Positions 22,311 through 34,094 of a stretch of DNA of 64,000 nucleotides are shown one piece after another. Both the position numbers and the translations under genes were made by a program. The notes below the pieces were generated by a model. That model did no database searches. It had not been told where the DNA came from and saw only the letters and a list, made by a program, of their open reading frames with translations. Within the stretch, counting starts at the first letter, position 1. Every line of letters starts with the position of its first letter. This DNA is from Felis catus (taxonomy: Eukaryota), in the NCBI RefSeq assembly GCF_018350175.1, contig NC_058368.1, forward strand, positions 239,260,001 through 239,324,000. Reading direction: 5' to 3'.

Positions 22311-22935
22311 AAAGGAAATGTTCTTTTAAAAAAAAGAAAGAAAAAAGATCCAGAACTTTCCATTTTTAAACTTGTTACTATGCAAAAAAAAGAAATCTTC
22401 TTTAAAAAGAAAGAAAGAAAAAAGGATCCAGAACTTTCCGTTTTTAAACTTGTTACTATGCAAAAAAAAAATCTTCTTAAATTTTTTTTTTTTCAACGTT
22501 TATTTATTTTGGGGACAGAGAGAGACAGAGCATGAACGGGGGAGGGGCAGAGAGAGAGGGAGACACAGAATCGGAAACAGGCTCCAGGCTCTGAGCCATC
22601 AGCCCAGAGCCTGACGCGGGGCTCGAACTCACGGACCGCGAGATCGTGACCTGGCTGAAGTCGGACGCTTGACCGACTGCGCCACCCAGGCGCCCCCCAA
22701 AAAAATCTTCTTTAAAAAAAAAAGCAAAAAGGATCCAGAACGTTCTGTTTTTAAACTTGTTACTATGCAAAAAACAGAAATCTTTTTTAAAAGAGAAAGA
22801 AAGATAAAAGGATCCAGAACTTTCCATTTTTAAACTTGTTACTATGCAAAAAAAAAAAAAAAAAATCTTCTTTAAAAAAAAGAAAGAAAGAAAAATGAAT
22901 CCAGAACTTTCGGTTTTGAAACTTGTTACTATGCT
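22311..22935. repeat. A-rich tandem repeat, 5 units of about 80 bp (core gatccagaactttcc.tttttaaacttgttactatgc)
   Basis: Cores at about 22347, 22425, 22731, 22811 and 22897; interrupted by a SINE. Confidence 0.9.
22479..22698 (-). mobile_element. Young SINEC_Fc-type element inserted in the tandem repeat
   Basis: Near-consensus and CpG-rich; TSD aaaaaaatcttctt on both sides. Confidence 0.93.
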
Positions 22936-24314
22936 AACCATACCCTAGAATCCTCTTCAGGCTGGAGGCAGCAGGACCCTGAGGGGCTGCCTGTGGGAGC
23001 CGGAGGGGCTGACGGTGGCCCTGCCTGCACCACACAGCATCCCGTGGCAAGATCACTCACGAACAGTGAACACGTTGGGGGTTAAGACTTTATTTTCATG
23101 CATGTTCTCATTAGATAGCAATGCCAAGGACACCTGGTTGTTAGGGGCCCAAGAAGAGGTTTTCACCATCGTGGTGATGGGCTGGATCCAAGCCCACATA
23201 ACCGTACTTAGTGACACTGATGCACGTGCAGAGAAGAGAGATCAGCACACACTCTTTGTGGACAGAGTCATATAGAAAAATGTCCAATCTGGGTTTTTAC
23301 AAACACAAGCAGCATGAGAGCCCCTGGGCAGAAGAGTGGGAAATGATCAATGGAGCGGAGGCCCCTCAGGGACGGGATCCCACCTCCAACCTCATGAAAA
23401 AAATTCTGGTTGGATGGAAGATGTAATTGGGAAAATTCAAACCATGAAAGTCTTATGATGGACTATATTAGTCATTCTGTGACCTTAAGGTAGCAAAAGC
23501 CATTTCAATCACAAGCAAAGTTGAGGGACAATGACAAGCTGGGGAACACATCTGCCACATAATCGGAGGCTCAGTGTGAGTAACATGCCTAGTAGTAAAA
23601 CTTCTGACCTGCAGGAATTGGCCAGTGCAGGGAAAAGCCATTTGTTAGAGAATAAGTAAAAATAACAATAAACAGATGAAGAAAGAGTTCACCTCTAGCA
23701 TAAAAAACCCAAATGCAAACAAGGAGGAGGTACTTCTTTTCACTTCAGTGAGGAAGGGGTGCTCCAGGCTGCTGCTGAGAATCTAAATTGGGCAGGCTGT
23801 TTGCAGGACCATTTGGCAAATGTGTACAAACCTCACACACTGTGGGCCCTGACCCAGCCGTCTCAAGCCTAGGAACCTCTCCACAGCAAACGATCACGAA
23901 GTGTGAAAATGCAGTCACTGATGTGTGTAAGAGGAGAGCCGGAGCCACGGGAGGCCTCCACATGCCACTGTGCTTGCTGGGGGTTCAGCCTGGGGATGCC
24001 CTGCCAGTGGCCATCCCCCCAACCCTAACTGCCCCAAAGGGACACATGGGCCTCCAGCCATTCTTGGCCTTGCCTCACACTGACCGCTGGCTGTGCGTGG
24101 GCTCCTGTGTCACATTCACTTACATGGAAAGAGCGGTTGATAAAAGCATAAGGATTTAAGCAAGAATGTGTGCAGGCTTCCGAAAAGCTTTCACATGCAT
24201 ATGTACACGGAGAAAAGTCCGGATTATAACACACTGCACGTTAACGTCGGTTATTTCAGGTGCAGGGTTTCAAAATGTTTTTCTCTCTTGGTTCCTCTGA
24301 CTGAAAGCACTTAC

Positions 24315-24453
24315 CTGCCCTTGTCCCTCCTGCAGCACCCTCGCTTCCCGTAGCCTCTCCAGCTCCTGCAGACACCTGTTGGAGGCAAGGACCACCTTGT
24401 GGACCTCTTCGTCTACTTGATCGTACAGCCTGGAGGCAACCTCGATGGCATCC
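24315..24453 (-). CDS. PLEKHG4B: PLEKHG4B exon (DAIEVASRLYDQVDEEVHKVVLASNRCLQELERL...EGQGQ)
   Basis: ctcttccAG|g ... cag|gtaagt; 139 nt, phase 2-0. Confidence 0.93.
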
Positions 24454-24543
24454 CTGGAAGAGAGAGTGTCAGAGAGCAACCCGCGACCACTAGTTGTTCA
24501 CAGGCAATCACCCAGCGAACGTGCTGTTGGTGACAACCTACAG

Positions 24544-24740
24544 CTGTGCTGACAGCTCAGAGCCTGGAGCCTGCTTCAGAATCTGTGTCCTCCTCGCTCC
24601 CTGCCCCTCCTCCACTTGTGTTCTGTCTCTCTCTGTCTCTCAAAAATAAATAAACATTAAAAAAAAGAAATCTTTAAAAAAAAAGAAAAATGGATCCAGA
24701 ATTTTCAGTTTTGAAACTTGTTACTATGCTAAACATACCC
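24544..24740 (+). mobile_element. 5'-truncated CanSINE plus a copy of the 22.9-kb flank sequence
   Basis: SINE 3' half and tail followed by ggatccagaattttcagttttgaaacttgttactatgctaaacataccc, nearly identical to 22897-22945. Confidence 0.8.
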
Positions 24741-25158
24741 CAAGTTAAAGAGTCACAACCGCCCTCTTTGCATCCCTCACATCTGACACAAACAGAATGC
24801 CCCAAGGAGGTCCACAGCCACAGCAGGAACAGGAACCAGCCCAGGAGCCACGAGTGCAGGTGCCTCCGAGGTGGTAGGGGTAGGGAAAAGTGAGCGAGTG
24901 GCACCCCAGGACGGAGTCAGAGAAGCATTCGGTCAGGACTTCTGACTGCTGAATCCCTGGATCCCATTATGATGAGTTTTGCCCTCCACTTGAGCATTCC
25001 AAGGAACCTGCTACTTTTTCCTTAGAGGATACAAGTGTAGACAGGCTCCCGTCCAAAGAGTGCCTGCCGAAGGAAGGAAGTTTGAACAGCTGGGAGACGC
25101 TGCGTGTGGCAGAGATAGGCGTCACCCCTGGGACGCGCTGCCCCAGCATGACACTCAC

Positions 25159-25301
25159 CGGCAGTCTTGGCCGGCACCGTGCTGCTCCCTCCTCAGCCGC
25201 GCCAGCACAGTGCCACCCTCCAAGCGGAGGGCGACCAGCAGTGCGTCTTCCAGCACACATTTCATTGTCTCCTTGTGCTGGCGGATTAGGTCCGTGACCT
25301 C
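25159..25301 (-). CDS. PLEKHG4B: PLEKHG4B exon (EVTDLIRQHKETMKCVLEDALLVALRLEGGTVLARLRRE...)
   Basis: cgtgcAG|gag ... cg|gtgagt; 143 nt, phase 0-2. Confidence 0.94.
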
Positions 25302-25930
25302 CTGCACGGGGTGGGAGAAGCATACATAGAACCGCCTCCTCCATGAGGAGCGTTGGAGTGTGACCCGCACTCCCGTGTTTATCAGTCAAGCTGAAAGCAG
25401 GGCGGGCTGGCCGTGCCCACACTTGACACCGGCCCCAGCAGGAAGGCAGCGGAGTCCCAGATGCTCTCACCCAAGGATGGGTGAAACTTGGGGCAGGAGA
25501 AAGGAGGGAAGCTTGAAACTTGGCAGCAGGAGAGCCTGGCATTTGCACAGCGATGCACAGACCTCACCCACACACCCTGGAAACCCCAAGGCATCTCAGC
25601 CCCAGGTGTCTGGGCTGTTGAGGTCCTTCTGGACAGTCCACTTCTGTGTCCCAGTAGCAATCACTCAGGTCTCGGCGGCACACCAACAAATATAGTGGTG
25701 TTGTTTCTCTTCTGGGCATGGTGGGATTTTTTTGGTCACAATGGGGAGGAAGTGGGTTTTTTGGAAGTCTTTTGCTAAGTGAAAGGGATTTACAAATCCA
25801 AAAGGGTTTGAAAATCTCTGCTAAGAATGGTGAGTTTGGCTAAGCCTCTATGTTCCCACCTGCCTACCTGTGAAATAAAATAAAATAATACAATAAAATA
25901 AAATAAAACAAAACAAAATACATGACCTAC

Positions 25931-26029
25931 CTGTGCTGTGCTTAGAGTCCTGTGGGTGTTTAGGGATCGGACTGAATTTTGCAGGAAAACAATGGCATCC
26001 TCACAGTTTGTGGTAAAGGGCTCCAGCTT
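25931..26029 (-). CDS. PLEKHG4B: PLEKHG4B exon (KLEPFTTNCEDAIVFLQNSVRSLNTHRTLSTAQ)
   Basis: cggtAG|aag ... cag|gtaggt; 99 nt. Confidence 0.92.
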
Positions 26030-26293
26030 CTACCGTGGCGGTAGAGGTAAGAGACGATAATACAGTTAGTGCCCACAGATGCACCGGGGTGCAGCACCCT
26101 CCCCACCCAGGGTTGGACTTCAGTGGCACTCCCAAGCCTGCCACAGTGCGGCTGTCCAACAGCCTGTGAATGGCAGCTGTGACAGGCGTGACACTCAGGG
26201 TGGGGACACCTGCTTCAGGTGTGAGTAAAAATATCTGCATGAGGAGAAGCCCTAGGACACTGGCAGGTACAGTGGCTGTATGTTGCACCTTAC

Positions 26294-26410
26294 CCTACGG
26301 AAGCAGATCCAGTCACTGTGGCTGTAGGGGAAAGAGCCATCGAGGTCTGCGGTCAGCTGGGAGCTGTCAACAAGTTTGTGCAAGGCCTTCAGGGAGCCCA
26401 CCACCTCACA
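26294..26410 (-). CDS. PLEKHG4B: PLEKHG4B exon (CEVVGSLKALHKLVDSSQLTADLDGSFPYSHSDWICFRR), end of Sec14-like region
   Basis: ttggcAG|tgt ... agg|gtaagg; 117 nt; QLT.DL.G.FPY.H..W motif of Trio/Dbl-type Sec14 domains. Confidence 0.94.
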
Positions 26411-27199
26411 CTGCCAAGGAGAAGTGTTTATTGGTTATGGCCACAGAGGCATCCATCGGAAAGACCACTGCGATGGCTCACTCCTGGGAGAACTACCACC
26501 AAGAGGGCTGAGAGGCAGGTTTAGGATCCAGTGACTCTACCTTGCTGGTGGCATTAATGGGCTGCATGTGGTTGGGCATAGGAATGAAGGTGTGGAGAAT
26601 GAAAGGAAACGGCAGAAAAGAGAGTGATAGAAAGCTTCCAACTAAGACCAAAAAATGGAAAAATCGAAAAGAAAGAGAGGGCAAGATAACAGGGGAGATG
26701 GGAATGGGCAAGAGGAGGAAGGGATGGTGAGGAATCAGACATGCGTCACTCTGAGAGGGCAGAGTTGGCCCTTCCCAGATGACTCCAGACAAAGTATAAG
26801 AACCACTGGAAAGCTCCGGAGGGTGAACAAAGCCAGACTTAGTGAGCAAGGCAACTGAAACGTGGATGAAGGGATCAGTGTGGGGTGAGCTCCCTGTTTG
26901 CATGGCTCTGGCCTGAAGGTGGGATGCCAACACATTGAGACTGGATTGACTAAGGCTCTGATAAAAAACAGGCATCTTTCTGGCCTGAAGATCCAGAAAA
27001 TAGAGCTAGGGAGGAATGTGGACATTGAGTCCCACAAGGTGGATAGCCAGGGAAAGGGAGCTCCAGTCATATGTAAACCCTACCCAGGACTCTGGCTGAC
27101 CCTGAACCAAGTATGCATGGGAAAGACTCTAGGCAGCTGAAGGCAAAAAGAAATGAGCTGGACCTACACAGGGGGCAGTTTTCAGTTCACGTGCAACCA

Positions 27200-28110
27200 A
27201 GTTAACAGCATGCTAAAGGTTTGTAATAGAATCCAGAGTCAGTATATTGAACAATACTCAATAGAATAGTCACATGTCCAGAATACAACACAAAATTACT
27301 GGACGTATGAAGAAGCAGAAAAAATGTGACTTGTTCTCAAGGGCAATGACAATCAACAGAGGTCAACTCAGAAAAGACCTGGATGTTAGAATTATTAAAG
27401 AAGGACTTTAAAGTAGCAATTATGACTATGCTCAATGGTATAAAGGAAAAATGCTTGCAATTAATGAGAGGATAGGAAATCTTAGCAGAGACAGAGAAAA
27501 TGTATTTTAAAACCTACCAGAAATTTTATAGCTGAAAAATACAATATCTGAACCAAAAATTCATTGGATGGGCTTAACAGCTGAATGGAGGTGAATAGAG
27601 TATGGAGTTAGTGACCTTGAAGACAGATCAACAGAAACAATCTGATCTGAAGAAGAGAGAGAAAAAAATTGGGGGAAAAAAAGATTCTCAAAAACCTATG
27701 GGGCAATATCAGTATGTGTAATTGAAATCCTAGAGCAAGAGGAGAGAATGAGGCAGAAAAAACATTTCAAGAAATAATGAATGAAAACTTCCTACATTTG
27801 GTGATAGACATAAATTTAAAAATTCAAGTTTACCCAACCTAACAGGGTAAATATGAAGAAAACCATGCCTAATCACATTATAGTCAATTTTCTGAAAAGA
27901 AAGAGAAAATCTTGGAAGTAACCAAAGGAAAATGACACATACTCTATAGATGAACAATTATTTGAATTCCAACAAACTTTTCATCAGAAACTATGGAGGC
28001 CGGAAGACAACAGAACGACACCTGTAAAGTGCTGGAAAAACAAACAAAAAACTACTGTCAGGCCAGAATCCCATACCTAGCAAAAAACCCTTCAAGGCAT
28101 AATAAAGAGT
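27200..28110 (+). mobile_element. Old L1 fragment (5' region and ORF1); boundaries approximate
   Basis: A-rich L1 ORF1-like text (aattcattggatgggcttaacagc, gaccttgaagacagatcaacagaa, tcatcagaaactatggaggccggaagac). Confidence 0.75.
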
Positions 28111-28384
28111 TTTTAGATAAAAGAGAAAGAAGCAAGAAGAAAGAAGAGGGAAAACAAATGAGGTGGATAAGAAAAATTAGATTTTCACAAGTTTTCTGAT
28201 ATTTTGCTCTGTACGGCTCCTGCAAATAATTAGGGAATCACAGATGGGTTTTCAGGATCTTATATGGATGCAGTCACAACTTACATGAAGCTTCCCATTT
28301 GTTTTATCTCATGTAGGTACTGTAATATTTACTTGTATGCATCACTCAGAGTCGTATCTAATGCTGAGGGTCTGAAACTATTAC

Positions 28385-28471
28385 CTGAATTATTCCATCC
28401 TTGTCAGGCCTAAATGCTGATTCTTTATTCATCAAGAACACAATACTATGAATTATGGGAGGAGCTGTGTT
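28385..28471 (-). CDS. PLEKHG4B: PLEKHG4B exon (NTAPPIIHSIVFLMNKESAFRPDKDGIIQ)
   Basis: ttctttcttatttcAG|aac ... cag|gtaata; 87 nt, phase 0-0. Confidence 0.93.
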
Positions 28472-28629
28472 CTGAAATAAGAAAGAAATACTGATTAGCT
28501 TTGTAATTTTTTACTTCATTGAGTTTATAGAGTTGTCTAGGTTAGGTGGGTACTATTTCTTCCTTGGTACCTAGAATGCATAATATGTAATTGTGCCTTA
28601 AATGTAAGTTACTTGCTCTTATGAATTTT

Positions 28630-29760
28630 TAATGTAATCAAGTTTATTGGTTATAATTTACATATAATAAAATTCACCCTTTTAAGGTAGAGTTCTCTGA
28701 ATTTCGATATAACTTAGAGTCACGTAACTACCACCACAGTCAAGATACACAACAGTTTAGCGTCCCCCAAATTACCTTATCTCCTTTGTTGAGCCCACCA
28801 ACCTCTGGCAGCTACTGATCTGTTTTCTATTTCAATAAGTTTGTCTTTTTAGGATATCAAATACGTAGATTCATATAGTATTGACTTCTTTCACTTACCA
28901 CAATGCATCTGAGATGCATCCATGCTGTAGATGTCAGTAGTTCATTTCTTTCTACCGCGTAGTAGTATTCCATAGCATGCATTCACCCATTCACCAGCTG
29001 GAGGACATGTGGGTTATTTCCAGTTTGTGGCAATCATAAATAAAGCTACTATAAACTCCATGTGACCGTGAGTTTTCATTCCTCTTGGTAAATATCTAGC
29101 AGTAGGATTGTTGGGTCATATGATAAATGCATGTCTAACTTCTGAAGAAACCAGAGTGCCTGTGCCATTTTGCATTTCCATGAGCAATGCCAAGCCCTTG
29201 CTATTGTCAAGTTTTGTTGTGTGTGTGTGTGTGTGTGTGCGTGTGTGTGTGTTACCTCATTCTGGTTTTAAGTTGCATTTCTCCAACGACTGCTGACGTT
29301 GAACACATTTGTATGTGCTTATTTCCCATTCATATGTCTTCTTTGGTGAAGTGTGTTCAAATCTTTGCCCTTATTTCATTGGGTTGTTTGTCTTATTACT
29401 GGGTTTGGAGATTCCAGATATATACAGATCAGAACTTTATCAGATCTGTTTTGCATTTTCTCCTGCCTCGCGGCTTGCATTTTCATTTTAGTAATGGTGA
29501 CTTTTGAGGAAAAGTTTTCCATTTTGATGAAGTCCAACTTACCCTGTTTTTCTTTTAGGATCATGGTGTTGTCGTAGCTAAGAAATCTTTACCTGACCAA
29601 GGACACGAAGATTTTCTCCTGTTTCCTTCTGATGCTTTTGTAGTCTTAGATTGTACATGAAGATCTATGAGCCACGTGTAATTTTTTATATTGTATGAGG
29701 TATGTGTTGAGGATTTTTGCTTCTTTTGCATAGAGATGTCCAATTGTTCCAACCTTACTT
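28630..29760 (-). mobile_element. Old L1 (L1MB/MC-like) 3' end and ORF2 C-terminus, antisense
   Basis: tttattggttataatttacatataataaaattcaccc...; ttttgatgaagtccaac; gatgtccaattgttccaa. Confidence 0.75.
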
Positions 29761-31539
29761 GTTTTTTTTTTGATGTGTTTATGACTTTAAACAAACCTTT
29801 TCCGTTTCTGTTTGCTAGATTGTATTGAGGCCAGATTGTTCAGCAATGAAATTCTTTTATGTACATAGTGCTCCTTCACTCATATTCCCCAAAGCTTTAC
29901 TTTTTAATAGTTTCTCATAGTGATAAACAGAGTTTACACTTTTTGTAATCTCTGATTTTGATCCGCTATTTTGACTGGATAGGCCTCAGAAATTACTGAT
30001 ATTTTTTATTTGTATCAAATTCATCTTATATATTTACATTTTTATGTGACTTCTTGTGGATGACATTCCATAAATATTTGTTGAGTGAATAAGCCATAGA
30101 AAAACCCATAGAAAAATATTCTTGCTTTTTTATTTCATGGTCATATTCTATTTCTCTCACGCAGTTTAGCTACAATTTTCAGTTATAAGGAATTAAAACT
30201 ACAAACAGTTTTACAAAGTGTTTTATATTTCTCATATATAACTCCTTGAGTGAATTTTTACTATTAGGATTTGTTGCTATTGCCAAGAAGTGAGAACACA
30301 ATTAGTGCCTTAGGACAATTGTCGGTATCAGTTTGCAGAAGTTGTGCTGTGGATGGGGTAGGAATCAGCAATTGTTAGCATTTTCTTCTACCAAGAAAAG
30401 AAGAAATCATGAGTTACTTTTTGAAATGGAAAGCTTCTGATGGTATTTGAACTTTTATAATTAAAAAAAAGCTGAAGTATAGTTTCTTGAGGTAGTTTCT
30501 GTGAGAAAATTTAACTACTTCTATATATAACTCAGAAATGAAATTGAAGATGGAAGCATAACCCTCAAACTCGAGCTTATGTTCATGCCTCTCACTCGGA
30601 GAACAAACCCTGCTGTTGTTGAGCCAAAGCCAGGGGGCTGGGAGGCCGACACCTGCCACAACGGGAAGCCTCCAGGCCTCAGGGCAGTCCAAATGCCAGC
30701 ATCCAGACAGCGGAAGAGAAGTTGATTTCCTGAAGTTCCTTACAAGATTTGCTTCTGATAAAAAGTTACAGATGCAGCAGAAGTTTCTCCAGGTTCTGCT
30801 TTGGGAGAACTGTGGGTGGAGGGGGCCATCTTACTTGGGGCTCATTGTCCCGCTGTGGGACCCAAGTGGCACAGGACTTAAGGGAAGTCTGAACAAACAG
30901 AAACGTCGGGAAGGGGTGTGTTTACAAAGATAAAAGGTAAGCGGTTCTGGTCGACAGCTGAAGGGCTCTAGGCCTACACGTGGGCCCTGCCTGGGTCTCG
31001 CGCACAGCAGAACAAGCGGACGCTAAGCCTGTGCATCGGCAGGGAGGGCTCAGCCATCTCTGTTTGAGACCAGACACTTAAGTTGCAAGTTTTTATGGGG
31101 TGCCAAAGCAGCAGAACCGCCACAGTCCTGACTTCAGGAAATGCTCGCAGACGCTGCAGACTTGCGTCAGCATCTTCCTGGTCACGCAGCCCCGCTGTGC
31201 TCCAGGTCCCACACGCATCGTGCATATGACACAGCACGGCGAGGCGGCTGCGTGTGTGCAGCGTTCTTCCTAGGACTCGAGTAACCTCTCACAAAGTCAG
31301 TGCCATGCTGGGCGCAGCACAGGGACATCCTGCGGGAGCGGAGATGGTGATACTGATCCCTCCGCACCAGCCCCACCCCGGGCACAGGGCCTCACTGTGC
31401 ACCTGCCCGGGTGTGTGCCCACGATCCTGCCCTGGAATCTGTACCTCGTCTCTCAATACCGGTCCGGGAATGACAAGGCACTATCAGAGTTCCCTGAGTC
31501 CCTTGCTGTGAAAGGTGCCCCAGCACAGCCCCCGCCGGC

Positions 31540-32060
31540 CTCACAGGGCTCTGGCCACAGGGTTCAGACTCGCCCCGCAGGTGCCCCCCCCCCCCCCCAC
31601 CTCCCCGCCGGCGAAGAGCCAGAGGCTCCATCACCACCAGCTGGCCTGGGAGGGCGTTGTCCTGGGCCGGGCGGCAAGTTGCTGCTGGATTCCAGGCTTC
31701 CCCTGCAAACAAGTTTCAAGCCCTCCTCATCGAAAGCCGCCTCCAGGCAGTAAGGACAAAAGTGACCCAGATGAGGGGGGCTGGAAAAGGTCCGAGGAGG
31801 AGGAGCCCGGGGACCCGGCACATGAGAAGCAGGACCCCTTCCCCACGGCCACCCCTGGGGCTGAGGGTGGAGGACACTCTGAGGAGACAGCACGGGCGGC
31901 AGGCAGGCGGGGGCCGAGAGACGCTCCCTCACGCTCCGGCTGGACTCCGCTGGCCGACTGGGCGCCCCCACACCCCCTCATCAGGACGGTGAGCTGTTCC
32001 CACCGGCACGGGAAGCAGACAGACGCTTTCTAGGAATCCGGTCACAACTTCCGGTTGCAG
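31540..32060. promoter_or_regulatory. Intronic CpG-rich segment with STAT-type and ETS motifs (candidate enhancer or promoter)
   Basis: Locally dense CpG; TTCTAGGAA at 32028-32036; ACTTCCGG at 32047-32054. Confidence 0.35.
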
Positions 32061-33521
32061 CTTCAAACTCAGGTCAGCCACAGTGACATTTTAGCTTGGT
32101 TTTGAAGGCAAAACCAAAGGAAAGTTGTTTTTCTCCCCTGCTTTCACAAGTTGCAACGTATAGGGTGCTGAGGTGATTAACTGGCGTGAGGCATTCGCTC
32201 CTGAGGAGGGTGCGTCTCAGACACACATAAAGCACATCCTACTGTCCACTCTGGTTGCCACGCCCAGGCCTCCAGATTAACACCTTCTTTCTGCAAAATC
32301 ACAGGACGCCTGGGAAACCCTGTAGTCACCAACACGGCTGTTCGTCCTTTCAGCAGACCTTCCCTCAAAATGTTCGAAAAGCGGACATTCCCCTAACTTC
32401 CCAGAAGACTTCCAGCAACTTCTCAGTCTTTGTTGGTCTACAAAATTGCACGTGGTTAAAAAAAAACAAAACAGAACCTCAAAGGGATTTCAAAGCCTTG
32501 AGCAGAATATGAGCATCAAATTGGATTATATCCTGGATTCTGATTTTTGAGCCGAACAGTTGGTTGAAAGCAGGGGAAATGAGCAACAGGGATTATGTGC
32601 TTCCAAAGTGCTTCGTGGAAACTGAATTTTAGCACGTCAAACCTGTCACTCCGCGTTAGAGCTGCTGACTTGGGCTTTGAAGGTAGGCACTGTGCACCCT
32701 TCTGCTGAGAGCCCGCTTCTCCCACTGAAATGCAGTGAGCTCTGTTCTGAGAGCCAGCTCTTGCCCTGACCTGCACCTCTGGGTCGGCTGTTTCTTCCTC
32801 GGGAATTTGCTACTTCACTCGTGCATGCGACAGGGGTTGCACCACCGCCAGCACCCTGACCGGGCACGTCCTCTGCTGCTAACCCTCCCCGCTGCCGCGC
32901 TCCCACCTAGGCCTGGCCTCCCCCAGCCCCTGCTCCACGCATAGTCGGCCTGCCTGCCCGGGGCTCTTCTCTCCTTTCCCCACACACTGCTCTCTGGCTG
33001 ACCCCGTGCACTTCCAGATGTGCCCCATCCTCTACCATGGAGTCTTTCCCGGGAAGAACTTCCATTTGACGTCCCCAGACTCAGGAATCTGGATAGAGCG
33101 GTGACCCGAGTCTGGCAGCGTTAGCAGAGACCCAACAGAGAGAACAGCTCTTAACTGAGGGAGAAGGTGGGACCCCAGACCCCAGCACAGTGCTTTGCAC
33201 ATGACGCCGGATAGGAGCTGCTGTGGAGGGAAGGGGTCATGCCTGCACGGGCCGGTCCTGGCTGGTCCTCTTTTAAGGTCTGCAGTGGTAACCCCAGGAG
33301 GTGGGCAGGAAACTCCTACCTGGTAACTGCCCGACCTCGAGGGAGCACACTGTTGATGGATACAGGAGTGGGCTCTTGGCTGCTTTCGGTGTCTACACTC
33401 AGGACGCTCACCTCATCCTGAGATTCATACTCAGCTGCTCCTGGGTCATGAAGGCGCCCCTTGTGGCCCACACAGCCTTGAGATGCTAAGCCCCCCAAGG
33501 ACAGGAGTTGCCCTGACTCAC

Positions 33522-33615
33522 CTGAAGTCCTGCCAGGGCCCGGGAGAGAGCAGGCGTGGCCGGACCCTTGCGAGCGTCCACCAGAATGACCAGCCCCAGC
33601 TCCCGCACCTCCTTC
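33522..33615 (-). CDS. PLEKHG4B: PLEKHG4B exon (KEVRELGLVILVDARKGPATPALSRALAGLQ)
   Basis: ctctctccAG|g ... cag|gtgagt; 94 nt, phase 2-0. Confidence 0.94.
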
Positions 33616-34094
33616 CTGGAGAGAGAAAGACCGTGTTAACCATTGCAGGTGAAATTTCTTCCAAAATGAGCTTCTTCATCTCTCAGGAAGATACATCCTT
33701 GCCTAGATGCCCCTGGCTCTACAAGTTCGAGATTCTTGACACATGTCTATACTTTCTGAGGAATCAAGATGCTTGCTGGGTGGAGAAAGGGCAGTGGAGC
33801 CCATTGTGGTGGGTCAGTCCTGTCTGATAGCCTCTCCGGGCAAGTGGAGCTGGCCGCACGTTTGCATCTCCTGGGGTTGCTTTCTCTCCCCACCACCCTC
33901 CCCCAGAGCTTTGATTGTTTGTTCAGGCTTTAATACGACATGGAATTCACTCTGATGGCGTGAACAAGGACCAGGCTGTTCTCAAGACCAGTCATTTGGC
34001 TCATCACATTTTCAGAGCTAAAGTGGGACAGCAGAACATCCTCTAAAGCTGAGAATACTGCCAGGTGCTTTTCACAACCCCACTTAAAAGCTCT

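Noticed and set aside
33320..33395. Possible exon ending cag|gtagga just after the 33522 exon
   Set aside because: The expected next exon is clearly present at 28385-28471; no good acceptor or homology here
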